This document shows, in pieces, positions 27,086-37,435 of a stretch of 64,000 nt of DNA (position 1 is its first letter; the number at the start of each line of letters is the position of its first letter). Source of the stretch: Methylophilus sp. GTDB taxonomy: Bacteria > Pseudomonadota > Gammaproteobacteria > Burkholderiales > Methylophilaceae. Under the pieces are notes generated by a model that worked only from the letters and a program-made list of their open reading frames with translations, had not been told where the DNA came from and searched no databases. Made by a program: the position numbers and the translations under genes. Location of the stretch: positions 15,006 to 79,005 of the forward strand of contig NZ_DATHWZ010000090.1 of the NCBI RefSeq assembly GCF_035460085.1, given 5' to 3'.

Positions 27086-30000
27086 ATGTCTAATCAAGCG
27101 CAATTTTTAAGCCTGCGCGGCAGTGCCGCACTCTCCCAGTTCCGTCTCGATAAACTCTACAGCACACTCAAAGCCAGCGCCCCTAATATTGCGCATATCA
27201 CCACAGAGTTTGTGCATTTTGCTTTTAGCGAAATCGCATTAAGTGCGGCAGAGCAAGATACCTTGCAGCAGATCTTGACCTATGGCCCGAAAACCAAAGC
27301 CGAAACCACTGCCGGCGAACTGTTATTGGTGATTCCACGTATAGGCACGATTTCACCATGGGCTTCACGTGCAACAGATATTGCGTATAACTGTGGCTTG
27401 CATTTATTACGCCTTGAACGCGGCATTGCCTATTACGTCACCACCCATAATGGTCAGCCCCTGACTGATGCTGAAAAACAGGCTTTGCGTGCAGTGATAC
27501 AAGACCGTATGACTGAAACTGTCATTTACAGCGTGGCGAATGCCGAAAAGCTGTATCACCATGCCGACCCGAAACCATTAGCTAGCATTGATATCTTGGC
27601 CGGTGGTAAAACAGCACTCGAAGCCGCCAATAATGAAATGGGCCTGGCGCTGTCTCCGGACGAAGTAGATTACCTGCTTGAGAATTACCTTAAAATGGGC
27701 CGCAACCCGACCGATGTCGAGCTGATGATGTTTGCGCAGGCCAACTCCGAGCATTGCCGCCATAAAATCTTTAATGCCGACTGGGTGATCGACGGTGTAC
27801 AACAAGAGTTGTCGCTATTTAATATGATCCGCAACACGCATAAGCTGAATCCAGGCACAACCGTGGTCGCTTATTCGGATAACAGCTCGATTGTGCAAGG
27901 CCAGAAAACCAAACGTTTTTACCCATCTGCCGACCAAAGCTACCAGTTCGTTGAAGATGACATGCACTACCTGATGAAGGTAGAAACGCACAACCACCCA
28001 ACCGCCATTTCGCCCTTTGCGGGTGCAGCCACTGGCGCAGGTGGCGAGATCCGAGATGAAGGCGCTACCGGTATCGGCTCCAAACCCAAAGCGGGCCTGA
28101 CTGGATTTTCGGTCTCTAACCTGAACCTGCCTGACTTTGAGCAGCCCTGGGAAAATTACTATAAGCAATCGAACTACGGTAAACCTGGCCGTATTGCCAG
28201 CCCGTTGCAAATCATGATCGACGGCCCACTAGGTGGTGCTGCGTACAACAACGAATTTGGCCGCCCTAACATTGCCGGTTACTTCCGCACCTTTGAACTT
28301 GAAGCTCGTGGGGTCGATGGGCAACCTGAAGTACGTGGTTACCACAAACCAATCATGCTGGCCGGTGGTGTCGGTAATATTTCCGGCAGTCACAGCCATA
28401 AACATAGCATTCCTGCGGGTGCAGCACTTATCCAACTTGGTGGTCCAGCCATGCTGATCGGCCTTGGCGGCGGGGCGGCTTCGAGTATGGATACTGGTGC
28501 TAACACTGAAAACCTTGACTTTGATTCAGTGCAACGGGGCAACCCTGAGTTGCAACGCCGCGCCCAAGAGGTGATAGACCGTTGCTGGCAGTTAGGCGAC
28601 AAAAACCCGATTGTCAGCATTCACGATGTCGGTGCCGGTGGCATCTCCAACGCTTTCCCTGAGCTGGTTAACGATGCCAAAGTCGGTGCGATATTCCAGT
28701 TACGCGATGTGCATAACGAAGAACCAGGCATGGCTCCACGTGAATTATGGAGTAACGAAGCGCAGGAACGTTACGTACTGGCGGTAACCCAGGATCAGTT
28801 GCCATTATTTGAAGAAATCTGTGCCCGCGAACGCTGCCCGTTTGCGGTGGTGGGAATTGCTACCGCTGAGCGTCATTTGACCGTTGAAGACAGCCACTTT
28901 GCCAACAAACCGGTCGATATGGATTTATCCGTTTTACTCGGCAAACCGCCAAAAATGTTGCGCGACGTAAAGTCCACCAAAAAAGCCCTGACCACATTCG
29001 ATACCAGCAAGATTGACTTACAAGATGCGGTCGCCCGCGTATTGCGTTTGCCAGGCGTGGCCGATAAAACTTTTTTGATTACCATAGGCGATCGCACGGT
29101 AACCGGCCTGATTGCGCGTGACCAGATGGTCGGACCGTGGCAAGTGCCGGTCAGCAATGTGGCAGTGACTTGTGCCGGTTATGAAACCAACGAAGGTGAA
29201 GCGTTTGCCATTGGCGAAAAAGCACCTTTAGCTTTGCTGGATGCACCGGCTTCCGGCCGTATGGCAATCGGTGAAGCGATTACCAATATTGCCGCCGCTG
29301 TGATCAGCGAGATAAGCAATTTGAAACTGTCGGCAAACTGGATGGCCCCAGCGGGCCATCCCGGTGAGGATGCTGCTTTATACGAAACGGTCAAAACCGT
29401 GGGTATGGAGCTATGTCCTGCACTTGGTATCAGCATCCCGGTGGGTAAAGATTCCATGAGCATGAAAACCGTGTGGAATGACGACGGCCAGAACAAAGCC
29501 GTCACATCACCAATTTCACTGGTGATTTCAGCCTTTGCGAATACCCCGGATGTTCGCAAAACACTCACGCCACAATTGCGTACTGATCTTGGCGAAAGTG
29601 AGTTGATCCTGATTGACCTGGGCAATGGCAAAAACCGCATGGGCGGCTCGTCACTGGCGCAAGTGTATAGCCAGTTAGGTGACACAGTGCCGGATGTCGA
29701 TCAACCGGCACAACTGAAAGCATTTTTTGCTGCCATCCAGCAACTGAATTCAGATGGCAAACTGTTGGCTTACCACGACCGTTCTGATGGCGGCCTGTAT
29801 GTGACCCTGGTCGAGATGGCTTTTGCCGGCCATTGTGGGTTGACTGTTGATCTGGGTAGCATTCCGGGGGACAGTATCAGCGTATTGTTCAATGAAGAAC
29901 TGGGTGCCGTTCTGCAAGTACGTGCATCTGAAGCAGCCGCGATTAGCAACGTCTTGCACCAATCACTGGGCAACAGCGTTCACCGGATCGGCAACGTTAA

Positions 30001-31009
30001 CCATGGTCATGACATTGTCATTAACCATGGCGCAACGCATTACCAGGCCTCCCGTATAGATCTGCATCGCATGTGGTCTGAAACCACTTATCGTATGCAA
30101 AGCCTGCGTGATAACCCGGCCTGTGCGCAGCAAGAATATGACCGCATCCTGAATGCCGATGATATTGGCCTGCACGCAAAATTAACATTTGATATCAACG
30201 ACAATATTGCCACTCCCTATATCAATACCGGCAAACGCCCGAACATGGCGATCTTGCGCGAGCAAGGCGTTAATGGCCAGACCGAAATGGCCGCTGCATT
30301 TGACCGTGCCGGCTTTAATAGCGTGGACGTGCATATGAGCGACGTGATCAGTGGTCGCGTATCACTCATGGACTTCGCTGGCCTGGTGGCTTGTGGAGGT
30401 TTCTCGTATGGCGACGTGCTGGGTGCCGGTGAAGGCTGGGCCAAATCCATCCTGTTCAACAACCGTGCACGCGATGAATTCAGCAACTTCTTTAACCGTG
30501 CTGATACGTTTGCTTTAGGCGTGTGTAACGGTTGCCAGATGATGAGCAACCTGCATAGCATTATTCCCGGTGCCGACCTATGGCCACATTTTGTGCGCAA
30601 CAAATCCGAACAATTCGAGGCACGCTTTGCGCTGGTAGAGATTTTAAGCTCGCCATCGATCTTTTTTGATGGCATGGCAGGCAGCCGTATGCCTATCGCT
30701 GTCGCCCATGGTGAAGGATTTACGGAATTTCCTGATGCTAACGCTGTCACAAGTGTGCTAAAACAACAGTTGGCAAGTGTCCGTTTTGTGGACCATGCGT
30801 CAACGCCTACGGAAGTGTATCCGTTTAACCCTAACGGTTCTGCCCAGGGGTTAACCGGCTTCACCACACCAGATGGCCGATTCAGCATCATGATGCCACA
30901 TCCGGAACGTGTGTTCAGGACGGTTCAGAACTCGTGGCATCCGGATGACTGGCAAGAAGATAGCCCATGGATGCGTATGTTCCGCAATGCACGCAAGTTT
31001 GTCTCTTAA
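27086..31009 (+). CDS. purL: Phosphoribosylformylglycinamidine synthase (large, single-chain)
   Basis: [56 protein letters not shown] motifs; 1307 aa. Confidence 0.99.
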   Translation: MSNQAQFLSLRGSAALSQFRLDKLYSTLKASAPNIAHITTEFVHFAFSEIALSAAEQDTLQQILTYGPKTKAETTAGELLLVIPRIGTISPWASRATDIAYNCGLHLLRLERGIAYYVTTHNGQPLTDAEKQALRAVIQDRMTETVIYSVANAEKLYHHADPKPLASIDILAGGKTALEAANNEMGLALSPDEVDYLLENYLKMGRNPTDVELMMFAQANSEHCRHKIFNADWVIDGVQQELSLFNMIRNTHKLNPGTTVVAYSDNSSIVQGQKTKRFYPSADQSYQFVEDDMHYLMKVETHNHPTAISPFAGAATGAGGEIRDEGATGIGSKPKAGLTGFSVSNLNLPDFEQPWENYYKQSNYGKPGRIASPLQIMIDGPLGGAAYNNEFGRPNIAGYFRTFELEARGVDGQPEVRGYHKPIMLAGGVGNISGSHSHKHSIPAGAALIQLGGPAMLIGLGGGAASSMDTGANTENLDFDSVQRGNPELQRRAQEVIDRCWQLGDKNPIVSIHDVGAGGISNAFPELVNDAKVGAIFQLRDVHNEEPGMAPRELWSNEAQERYVLAVTQDQLPLFEEICARERCPFAVVGIATAERHLTVEDSHFANKPVDMDLSVLLGKPPKMLRDVKSTKKALTTFDTSKIDLQDAVARVLRLPGVADKTFLITIGDRTVTGLIARDQMVGPWQVPVSNVAVTCAGYETNEGEAFAIGEKAPLALLDAPASGRMAIGEAITNIAAAVISEISNLKLSANWMAPAGHPGEDAALYETVKTVGMELCPALGISIPVGKDSMSMKTVWNDDGQNKAVTSPISLVISAFANTPDVRKTLTPQLRTDLGESELILIDLGNGKNRMGGSSLAQVYSQLGDTVPDVDQPAQLKAFFAAIQQLNSDGKLLAYHDRSDGGLYVTLVEMAFAGHCGLTVDLGSIPGDSISVLFNEELGAVLQVRASEAAAISNVLHQSLGNSVHRIGNVNHGHDIVINHGATHYQASRIDLHRMWSETTYRMQSLRDNPACAQQEYDRILNADDIGLHAKLTFDINDNIATPYINTGKRPNMAILREQGVNGQTEMAAAFDRAGFNSVDVHMSDVISGRVSLMDFAGLVACGGFSYGDVLGAGEGWAKSILFNNRARDEFSNFFNRADTFALGVCNGCQMMSNLHSIIPGADLWPHFVRNKSEQFEARFALVEILSSPSIFFDGMAGSRMPIAVAHGEGFTEFPDANAVTSVLKQQLASVRFVDHASTPTEVYPFNPNGSAQGLTGFTTPDGRFSIMMPHPERVFRTVQNSWHPDDWQEDSPWMRMFRNARKFVS

Positions 31010-31096
31010 GCAGTTGTTTAGCTCAAGATAGAAAGTAAAAGTAATAAAGCAAAGTAGTTAATTTTAAAAAATGAAAATCAGGTGTTTGGAGAAATT

Positions 31097-31582
31097 ATGA
31101 AATCAATTAAATGTTTACTGGCCTTAGTCGCACTGTCATTTTCACTGCAGGCATTCGCATTGTCTGACGAAGATTACATGGCATTCACCGAGGCTTTAAC
31201 CGGTGGTAATGTGAAAGTGGTTAAAAAATTCGTGGAGTCAGATCCGACGTTAATCAACCAGAAATTTTTTGCTTGGGAACCTTTGCAAATGGCTGCTTCC
31301 AAGGGTCAAATGGAGGTGGTGAAATACCTGATTTCAAAAGGTGCTGATAAAGACTATGTTCATCCAGCCAGCCAGAACACCGCTTTTCATATGGCTGCTT
31401 TTATTGGTGACGAAAAATTAATGAGATATCTGGCCGCGCAAGGGGCTGATGTGAATAAAAAACTGAAAGGTGATGTTTCACTGATCCGTTATTTCAGAGA
31501 AGAACACAACGAAAAAATGGTTGCGTTACTCACAGAGCTTGGCACTAAAGATGACGGCTGTAAGGAAGAAAAGTGCTTTTAA
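31097..31582 (+). CDS. Exported short ankyrin-repeat protein
   Basis: GGAG RBS; signal peptide ending AFA; repeats PLQMAASKGQMEVVKYLISKGAD and TAFHMAAFIGDEKLMRYLAAQGADVN; C-terminal CKEEKCF. Confidence 0.88.
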   Translation: MKSIKCLLALVALSFSLQAFALSDEDYMAFTEALTGGNVKVVKKFVESDPTLINQKFFAWEPLQMAASKGQMEVVKYLISKGADKDYVHPASQNTAFHMAAFIGDEKLMRYLAAQGADVNKKLKGDVSLIRYFREEHNEKMVALLTELGTKDDGCKEEKCF

Positions 31583-31607
31583 TGCTTGATAAATACCATC
31601 ATTAAAT

Positions 31608-31641
31608 AAAAAACGGTCATGTTTTCATGGCCGTTTTTTTT
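31608..31641 (+). terminator. Intrinsic terminator after the ankyrin gene
   Basis: AAAAAACGGTCATG-tttt-CATGGCCGTTTTTTTT (one G-U pair). Confidence 0.85.
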
Positions 31642-31773
31642 GCATTCAATCCCCGTCATTCAGCTATGTAATGTTGAGTAAGATGATTCTCTAATGTAAC
31701 CTGAGTCACGCACATCCCTGCTTTGACTTTAGAATAATATAAAACAAGAATAATGAAACCAGTCTTTGGGGGA

Positions 31774-32154
31774 ATGATGAAACGATTGCAACTTAGTATT
31801 GCACTATCTTGTTGCTGGATGTGGATAGCATCTTTTTCACTTTATGCTGAAGAAAATAATGCACAAAAAAATATCTCTCACGCGACAACGACGTTAGCTG
31901 CCTCTTGTGCTGCTTGCCATGGGCCGCAAGGCAACAGTTTGGGGGGAACGCCCACCCTCGCGGCGCTGAATAAGGAATATTTTATTCAACGCATGCAGGG
32001 TTTTAAAAATGGGGCAATCTCATCTACCGTGATGCATCATCATGCCAAGGGGCTCAAGGATGAGGAAATCACCGCATTGGCAAGTTACTTTGCTACCCAG
32101 CAAAGACACACGCCCACAGTAGCGCCACACCAGCCTTTTGAGGGAGCACAATAA
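31774..32154 (+). CDS. fccA: Monoheme c-type cytochrome, flavocytochrome c sulfide dehydrogenase cytochrome subunit
   Basis: Signal peptide; single CAACH (31906-31920), P.LA, Met ligand in STVMHHHAKG; stop overlaps the fccB start. Alternative start 31753. Confidence 0.85.
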   Translation: MMKRLQLSIALSCCWMWIASFSLYAEENNAQKNISHATTTLAASCAACHGPQGNSLGGTPTLAALNKEYFIQRMQGFKNGAISSTVMHHHAKGLKDEEITALASYFATQQRHTPTVAPHQPFEGAQ

Positions 32155-33449
32155 TGCGACTGAACAAACACCTCACTTCCGCCCATGACCTGTCATCCCG
32201 CAGACAATTCGTACGCTCAGTCATCTATGGCGGCCTCGCTTTTTATGGCATGCCGGCTTTTGCACGTGCCAGTAAACCGCCACTGGGACATGTCGTTATC
32301 GTAGGCGCCGGATTTGCCGGGCTGACAGCCGCCAAATATTTGCGCGAATGGAGTATGGGCAATATCAAGGTCAGTATTGTTGAGCCGAATCCACAATTTA
32401 TTTCCTGCCCGCAAAGTAACCTGGTGTTAGGTGGCAGCCGCACGCTGGATGAATTAAGTTTTTCCTATGATTTGGCACGCAAGCGGCATGGCCTGCAATG
32501 GATTAAAGATACGGTCACTGCGGTAGATATCGCAAACAAACAGGTCACCTTGTCACGCGGAAATTTACGTTATGACCGCCTGGTGCTGGCGCCAGGTGTA
32601 GATTTTGATTACAGCCGAATCCCTGGAATGTCTTCACCGGTTGATGATGTTCCACATGCCTGGAAAGCGGGCAGGCAAACCTTGCAATTACACCAGCAAC
32701 TTGAAAGCATGCCGGATGGCGGCGTGTTTGTGATGACGATTCCGGCGGCCCCCTACCGTTGCCCCCCCGGGCCTTATGAACGCGCTTGCCAGGTCGCACA
32801 TTATTTAAAACAAAACAAGCCACGTAGTAAAGTGATTATCCTGGATGCCAATGCTGATATCACCTCTAAAAAAGGCTTGTTTCTGCAGAGCTTTCAAGGC
32901 GCCTATCAGGGCATCATTGAATACCATAACAACAGTAGCATCCTGCAATTAGATACCGCCAGTAAAACTATCAAGACAGACTTTGAGACAGTCAAAGCGG
33001 ATGTCTTAAATGTTATTCCGCCGCAATTAGCAGGCAAAGTGGCTCAAACTGCGGGGTTGGCAAATGTGGATCAGCGCTGGTGTGAAGTAGACTTTACGAC
33101 CTATGCTTCAAACGTAAACCCGGATATACATATCATTGGTGACAGTATTTCGGCAGGTTTGCCGAAATCTGCCCATATGGCCACTTCGCAAGCCAAAATC
33201 TGCGCCGCCGCTATAGTCGATATTCAGTCCGGTATCCCGCCGAATCCGCTGCCGGTATTTGCCAACACCTGCTACAGTTTTGTCGACGATAAACAGGCTA
33301 TGCATGTGGCCAATGTCTACCGTTATGATCCCGCCAAAAAATCCATGGTATCCGCCGAAGGCGGTGGCGTATCCACCAAGGCCTCAGTACAGGAGGGTGA
33401 CTATGCACAAGCCTGGGCGCAGAACATCTGGGCAGACACGTTGACATAA
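32154..33449 (+). CDS. fccB: Flavocytochrome c sulfide dehydrogenase flavoprotein subunit
   Basis: Tat motif SRRQF; GAGFAG FAD-binding; SCPQSN (flavin-attachment Cys); YRCPPGPYERA and NTCYSFV (redox disulfide cysteines); PKSAH motif. Confidence 0.92.
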   Translation: MRLNKHLTSAHDLSSRRQFVRSVIYGGLAFYGMPAFARASKPPLGHVVIVGAGFAGLTAAKYLREWSMGNIKVSIVEPNPQFISCPQSNLVLGGSRTLDELSFSYDLARKRHGLQWIKDTVTAVDIANKQVTLSRGNLRYDRLVLAPGVDFDYSRIPGMSSPVDDVPHAWKAGRQTLQLHQQLESMPDGGVFVMTIPAAPYRCPPGPYERACQVAHYLKQNKPRSKVIILDANADITSKKGLFLQSFQGAYQGIIEYHNNSSILQLDTASKTIKTDFETVKADVLNVIPPQLAGKVAQTAGLANVDQRWCEVDFTTYASNVNPDIHIIGDSISAGLPKSAHMATSQAKICAAAIVDIQSGIPPNPLPVFANTCYSFVDDKQAMHVANVYRYDPAKKSMVSAEGGGVSTKASVQEGDYAQAWAQNIWADTLT

Positions 33450-34720
33450 TGGCTGAGCGCTTGAATTTTGACATCGCAATTAAACTATCAAAACGCCTGC
33501 TGTCGGGCATTTTCGGATTATGTAGTTTCATCGCTATAGCTATTACGCAAACCCAGGCTTTTGCACAGTCCGAGATCACGGCTCAAAAACAAACGACAAC
33601 ACCAGTTTCGCTGAAACAAGACCCAAAAGTGCAAACGGCGTTGTCCAGATTAACAATAGCAAATGGTCTAAAAATCGAACTTTTCAGTGATGTAAGCCAA
33701 TGGGGCTCGCCTCGCATGATGGCTCTGGACAAGCAGGGACGCTTGCTGGTGAGCATGACTGATCAAGGTCGCATTATTCGATTGAACCGGCAGGCAGAAG
33801 TTGAAATGATTGCCCAGGGACTGGATACGCCGCATGGCATCGCGCTGCTGGGCGAGGATTTGTTGATTGCCGAGCAGACAGGCGTGGTGAAACTGGCGAA
33901 ACAAGGTGATCACTGGGGCTCACCGCAGCCGTTCATCCGCAACCTGCCAGGCGGCGGGCACAGCGCGAAAACGGTAAAAGTATCTCCTGATGGTTTTATC
34001 TATATCAATGTCGGTTCCAGCTGCAATGTATGCCTTGAAGAGAATGCCATGCGGGCCACCTTACTCAGGTTTACTGCAGATGGCCGGCCGGCTGGGGCTT
34101 TGCAAACGGTTGGCTGGCATAAACAAGGTGCCATCTGGGCTACCGGGCTGCGCAACACGCAAGGGTTTGCCTGGCAGCCTGAGACAGGCGACCTGTTTGC
34201 TACCAATAATGGCGCCGATAACAGGAGTAGCTCAAAAAATGGTCCCGTGAATGATGATTTGCCGCCCGAGCATGTCAACCTCATAGAACCAGGTAAACAC
34301 TATGGCTGGCCGCATTGCTGGGCAGATCCGAAAAATGCCGGGCAAATGTTTAAAGACCCAAACTTTGGGGGCGAAACCGATATTTGCAAGCAATCGCAAG
34401 CACCTGCCATGACCTTGCCGGCACATAGCACACCCATAGGGATCACATTTTTACACCAGAGTCGTTTGCCGGAAACCATGAAAGAAGATGCAATTGTCGC
34501 TTTGCACGGCTCATGGAATCGAAAGCAACCGAGTGGATATGCTTTATACCGTGTAAACTTCAGGAACCATCAGCCTGTCGCCACCGTCCCATTCATTGAA
34601 GGTTGGTTGCAAGGCAACCAGTCGTGGGGAAGGCCAGTGGATGTGATTGTTGGCGCTGACGGCTGGTTATATGTCAGTGATGATCAAACTGGCTGGATTT
34701 ATCGTATTCGAAGCGACTGA
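33449..34720 (+). CDS. PQQ-dependent sugar/sorbosone dehydrogenase-family beta-propeller
   Basis: GGHSAK, YINVGSSCNVC, ATGLRN.QG, W.P..G.L, HYGWP.C, AHSTPIG, ALHGSWNR..PSGY, WGRPVDV...DG.LYVSDD motifs; TAATG overlap with fccB. Confidence 0.88.
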   Translation: MAERLNFDIAIKLSKRLLSGIFGLCSFIAIAITQTQAFAQSEITAQKQTTTPVSLKQDPKVQTALSRLTIANGLKIELFSDVSQWGSPRMMALDKQGRLLVSMTDQGRIIRLNRQAEVEMIAQGLDTPHGIALLGEDLLIAEQTGVVKLAKQGDHWGSPQPFIRNLPGGGHSAKTVKVSPDGFIYINVGSSCNVCLEENAMRATLLRFTADGRPAGALQTVGWHKQGAIWATGLRNTQGFAWQPETGDLFATNNGADNRSSSKNGPVNDDLPPEHVNLIEPGKHYGWPHCWADPKNAGQMFKDPNFGGETDICKQSQAPAMTLPAHSTPIGITFLHQSRLPETMKEDAIVALHGSWNRKQPSGYALYRVNFRNHQPVATVPFIEGWLQGNQSWGRPVDVIVGADGWLYVSDDQTGWIYRIRSD

Positions 34721-34799
34721 ATCAGGTTGCAATCTCTAAGCGGAATCCCCACTTGGGAAATAGAATCAGCCTAGCAGCTGATATTAAGAGGAGCAAGAC

Positions 34800-35384
34800 A
34801 TGAAACAAATTTTAATCGCTGCTGGTGGCTTGATTTGTGCAAGCTGGATCAGTCTCTCAAGCGCGGCTACCACCCCGGCTTTGGTTATTCAGGTACCGGA
34901 TACGTTTTACCAGCACCCGGTACGTTTATTAAACCCTTATGCCAATTACTGGCATAACCGTGGAGAATCGGCAGATAAAGTGAGCGCATCTGCTTTTCAG
35001 TCACAGCATTACACAACCTCCAGTTGCAAAGCAGATGCGAATGGCCAGGCGTTGGTGGTGATTGAGCCAAATATGTTTTACAACCCGCAAATGGGCGTAT
35101 TTCATAGCCAGATCACTGCCCGTGTTTACACCAAAGCCAGCGCAGAGAGCGCCTTGGGCAAACCATTATTGACTGCCAAAGGCGAAGGCCAGTCGCGAGG
35201 CTGGATTACCTACAATGTTGAAAACTTTGCCCAGAAATCTTACCAGCAGGCATTCAACCAGGTAATCGAGAAATTACAGAAAGATCCTGTCTTCAAACAA
35301 TCGGTAGAGCAGGGTTCTGTACAGAATTTTGAAGCACTATGCGATAGTATCAATACCATTACTCAACCAAAACTATTCTTTTAG
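34800..35384 (+). CDS. Secreted hypothetical protein
   Basis: GAGGAG RBS; signal peptide ending SSA; 194 aa; no family recognised. Confidence 0.8.
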   Translation: MKQILIAAGGLICASWISLSSAATTPALVIQVPDTFYQHPVRLLNPYANYWHNRGESADKVSASAFQSQHYTTSSCKADANGQALVVIEPNMFYNPQMGVFHSQITARVYTKASAESALGKPLLTAKGEGQSRGWITYNVENFAQKSYQQAFNQVIEKLQKDPVFKQSVEQGSVQNFEALCDSINTITQPKLFF

Positions 35385-35392
35385 GAGCAACC

Positions 35393-36268
35393 ATGTTGTC
35401 TGGCTATCGTCACCGTGTTATTTCAAGCCTGTTTGCAGCAACGCTTTTTTCCCTAGCCAGCCATAGCTATGCTCATGGGTTAGACCCGGTTAACGGATTA
35501 TTGACACCTGAATCAGTCATCCAGGCAGCAGATGGCAAGCTCTATGTATCAGAAATCAACGAGTTTGGTAAAGATGGTGATGGCCAGATTCGCGTGATTG
35601 ATCATGGCAAATCCAGCGTGCTGGTGCAGGGGCTGGATGACCCAAAAGGATTGACTATCATCGGCAGTGACCTGTTTGTAGCTGATAAAAGCAGAATCTG
35701 GCGTGTGCCTCTCAACCAATCCCCAGTCAAAGCGGAAGTGCATATTGCAGCGACTGAGTTTCCTCAAGTGCCGCAATTCTTGAATGACCTGGCTGCAGAT
35801 GCAAATGGCAACCTCTATGTTAGTGACAGTGGCGATATCATGGGTACGGGCAAAGGCGGTGCTATTTATAAAATCACTCCGCAACGCAAACTCACCTTGG
35901 TGATTGATGGCAAAGCAGATCCGCGTGTCCTGGCACCAAACGGTTTGTTGGCCGATGCCAAAGGCGAGCACCTGTTAATCGTGGATTTCACCTCCGGTAT
36001 TCTTTACAACTATGACTTGGCTGGACGCAAGTTACAGGAAATCGCCAGTGGTTTTGGCGGGGCCGATGGCATCGTTCGCCAGGCAAACGGCACGATTTAT
36101 GTAAGTGACTGGAAAAACGGCAAAGTTTACCGTGTTGATAACGACAAGGCTGTGTTGCTTAAAGAAGGCTATCAATCAGCTGCGGATATCGCATTGAGCC
36201 AGGATGACCACCACTTGCTGGTGCCGGACATGAAAGCTGGCGCACTGGATGTTATCCGCCTGAAATAG
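35393..36268 (+). CDS. Exported SMP-30/gluconolactonase/LRE-family beta-propeller
   Basis: Signal peptide; TPESV, DDPKG, FLNDL..D..GNLYVSDS, APNGL, GADGI, AADIA...LLVPDM blade motifs; AGGAG RBS. Confidence 0.85.
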   Translation: MLSGYRHRVISSLFAATLFSLASHSYAHGLDPVNGLLTPESVIQAADGKLYVSEINEFGKDGDGQIRVIDHGKSSVLVQGLDDPKGLTIIGSDLFVADKSRIWRVPLNQSPVKAEVHIAATEFPQVPQFLNDLAADANGNLYVSDSGDIMGTGKGGAIYKITPQRKLTLVIDGKADPRVLAPNGLLADAKGEHLLIVDFTSGILYNYDLAGRKLQEIASGFGGADGIVRQANGTIYVSDWKNGKVYRVDNDKAVLLKEGYQSAADIALSQDDHHLLVPDMKAGALDVIRLK

Positions 36269-36288
36269 CGACTCTGTCACTCGCAGGC

Positions 36289-36314
36289 AAAAAAAACCAC
36301 GCTTGCGCGTGGTT
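36289..36314 (-). terminator. Intrinsic terminator for the minus-strand small gene
   Basis: AACCACGC-ttgc-GCGTGGTT preceded on + by an A8 run, which is a U-tail on the - strand. Confidence 0.75.
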
Positions 36315-36388
36315 AAAGTGAGAGGATACACACGAAACCGCTAATTGCCTCAGCTATACCGCAGGGAATACAGCTAGCCTTGGCAACA

Positions 36389-36583
36389 TCACAGTGACTT
36401 GCTTTGCGCAGTTTTTTTGTCAACCTCCTTTTGGGGATTGACCACTGGCTGCGCACCAGCGTGTTTGGCAGACCTGAGATGCTTGTTCATCTCGACTTGT
36501 TCTTGAGGAGTCGGGTTGGTTCTCGCAGTACAGGCAATCGAAACCAGCAAGCCCAGCATTACGATTGAACGCTTCCTCATCAT
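36389..36583 (-). CDS. Small exported protein (about 63 aa)
   Basis: Strong TAAGGAG RBS 5 nt before the second ATG (36580); basic-then-hydrophobic signal ending IAC; dedicated terminator downstream. Confidence 0.65.
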   Translation of the reverse strand: MMRKRSIVMLGLLVSIACTARTNPTPQEQVEMNKHLRSAKHAGAQPVVNPQKEVDKKTAQSKSL

Positions 36584-36680
36584 CGCTCCTTACATATGTT
36601 CCAATGGCGCTTTTTTTAATGTTTTCATCGCACGGCGACATGTATTCCGTGTCATCACGATTGCAGAATACGCCCCTCCC

Positions 36681-36697
36681 CTTACAGCCAACTTACA
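36681..36697. promoter_or_regulatory. CTTACA-N5-CTTACA direct repeat (11-bp period), candidate OmpR-family operator
   Basis: cttacagccaacttaca lies in the divergent intergenic region between the small exported gene and the response regulator. Confidence 0.45.
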
Positions 36698-36757
36698 AAC
36701 CAAAAAGACAGATAATTTGGAGTACACTGCACTCGTTCATATTGATTGGCAGACATA

Positions 36758-37435
36758 ATGCGCTTATTAATTGTTGAGGATGATCTGGTCATTGCAAATG
36801 GGTTGGTACGTGTACTGACGCAGGCAGAATACGCAGTGGATCATGTAGCAGATGGCAAGCAGGCAATCCGTGCGATTCAGGATGGCGTTTATGACCTCGT
36901 CATCCTGGACCTGGGATTGCCGACCATGGACGGCACGCAGGTATTATCACATTTGCGACAACAGGCGAATCCGGTGGCGGTGCTGATACTGACAGCCCGG
37001 GAAGATATGGCTACACGAGTACAGGCGCTGGATCTCGGTGCCGATGACTTCCTCACCAAACCGTTCCACCTTGAAGAACTTGAAGCGCGCGTGCGTGCGC
37101 TCATAAGGCGCAGTAAACTTGGCAACAACCTACCGCTTCAATGCGGCAACCTGAAGCTTGATGTGCCTAACAAGTTAGCCAGTATCAATGAGCAACCCAT
37201 CACCTTGTCCGCCCGCGAACTCCACCTGCTGGAAACCCTGATGATGCGCATGGGCAAGATTATTGCAAAAGAGCAGATCATGGAATCACTGTGTAATTGG
37301 GATGAGTCGCTCGGTGACAACGCGATTGAGGTCTATATCCACCGCCTGCGCAAAAAGATAGAACCCAGTGGTGCGCATATCCGCACCGTGCGTGGACTGG
37401 GTTATATGCTGGAAGCTGAACATCCTAATCCATGA
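36758..37435 (+). CDS. OmpR-family response regulator (TctD/QseB-like)
   Basis: MRLLIVEDD, LVILDLGLP (phospho-Asp), LILTA, GADDFLTKPF, NAIEVYIHRLRKK, IRTVRGLGY motifs. Confidence 0.95.
   Translation: MRLLIVEDDLVIANGLVRVLTQAEYAVDHVADGKQAIRAIQDGVYDLVILDLGLPTMDGTQVLSHLRQQANPVAVLILTAREDMATRVQALDLGADDFLTKPFHLEELEARVRALIRRSKLGNNLPLQCGNLKLDVPNKLASINEQPITLSARELHLLETLMMRMGKIIAKEQIMESLCNWDESLGDNAIEVYIHRLRKKIEPSGAHIRTVRGLGYMLEAEHPNP

Noticed and set aside
34012-34035. CNVC in the sorbosone-type dehydrogenase as a heme-c site
   Set aside because: It is followed by Leu, not His; GSSCNVC is a usual motif of this dehydrogenase family.
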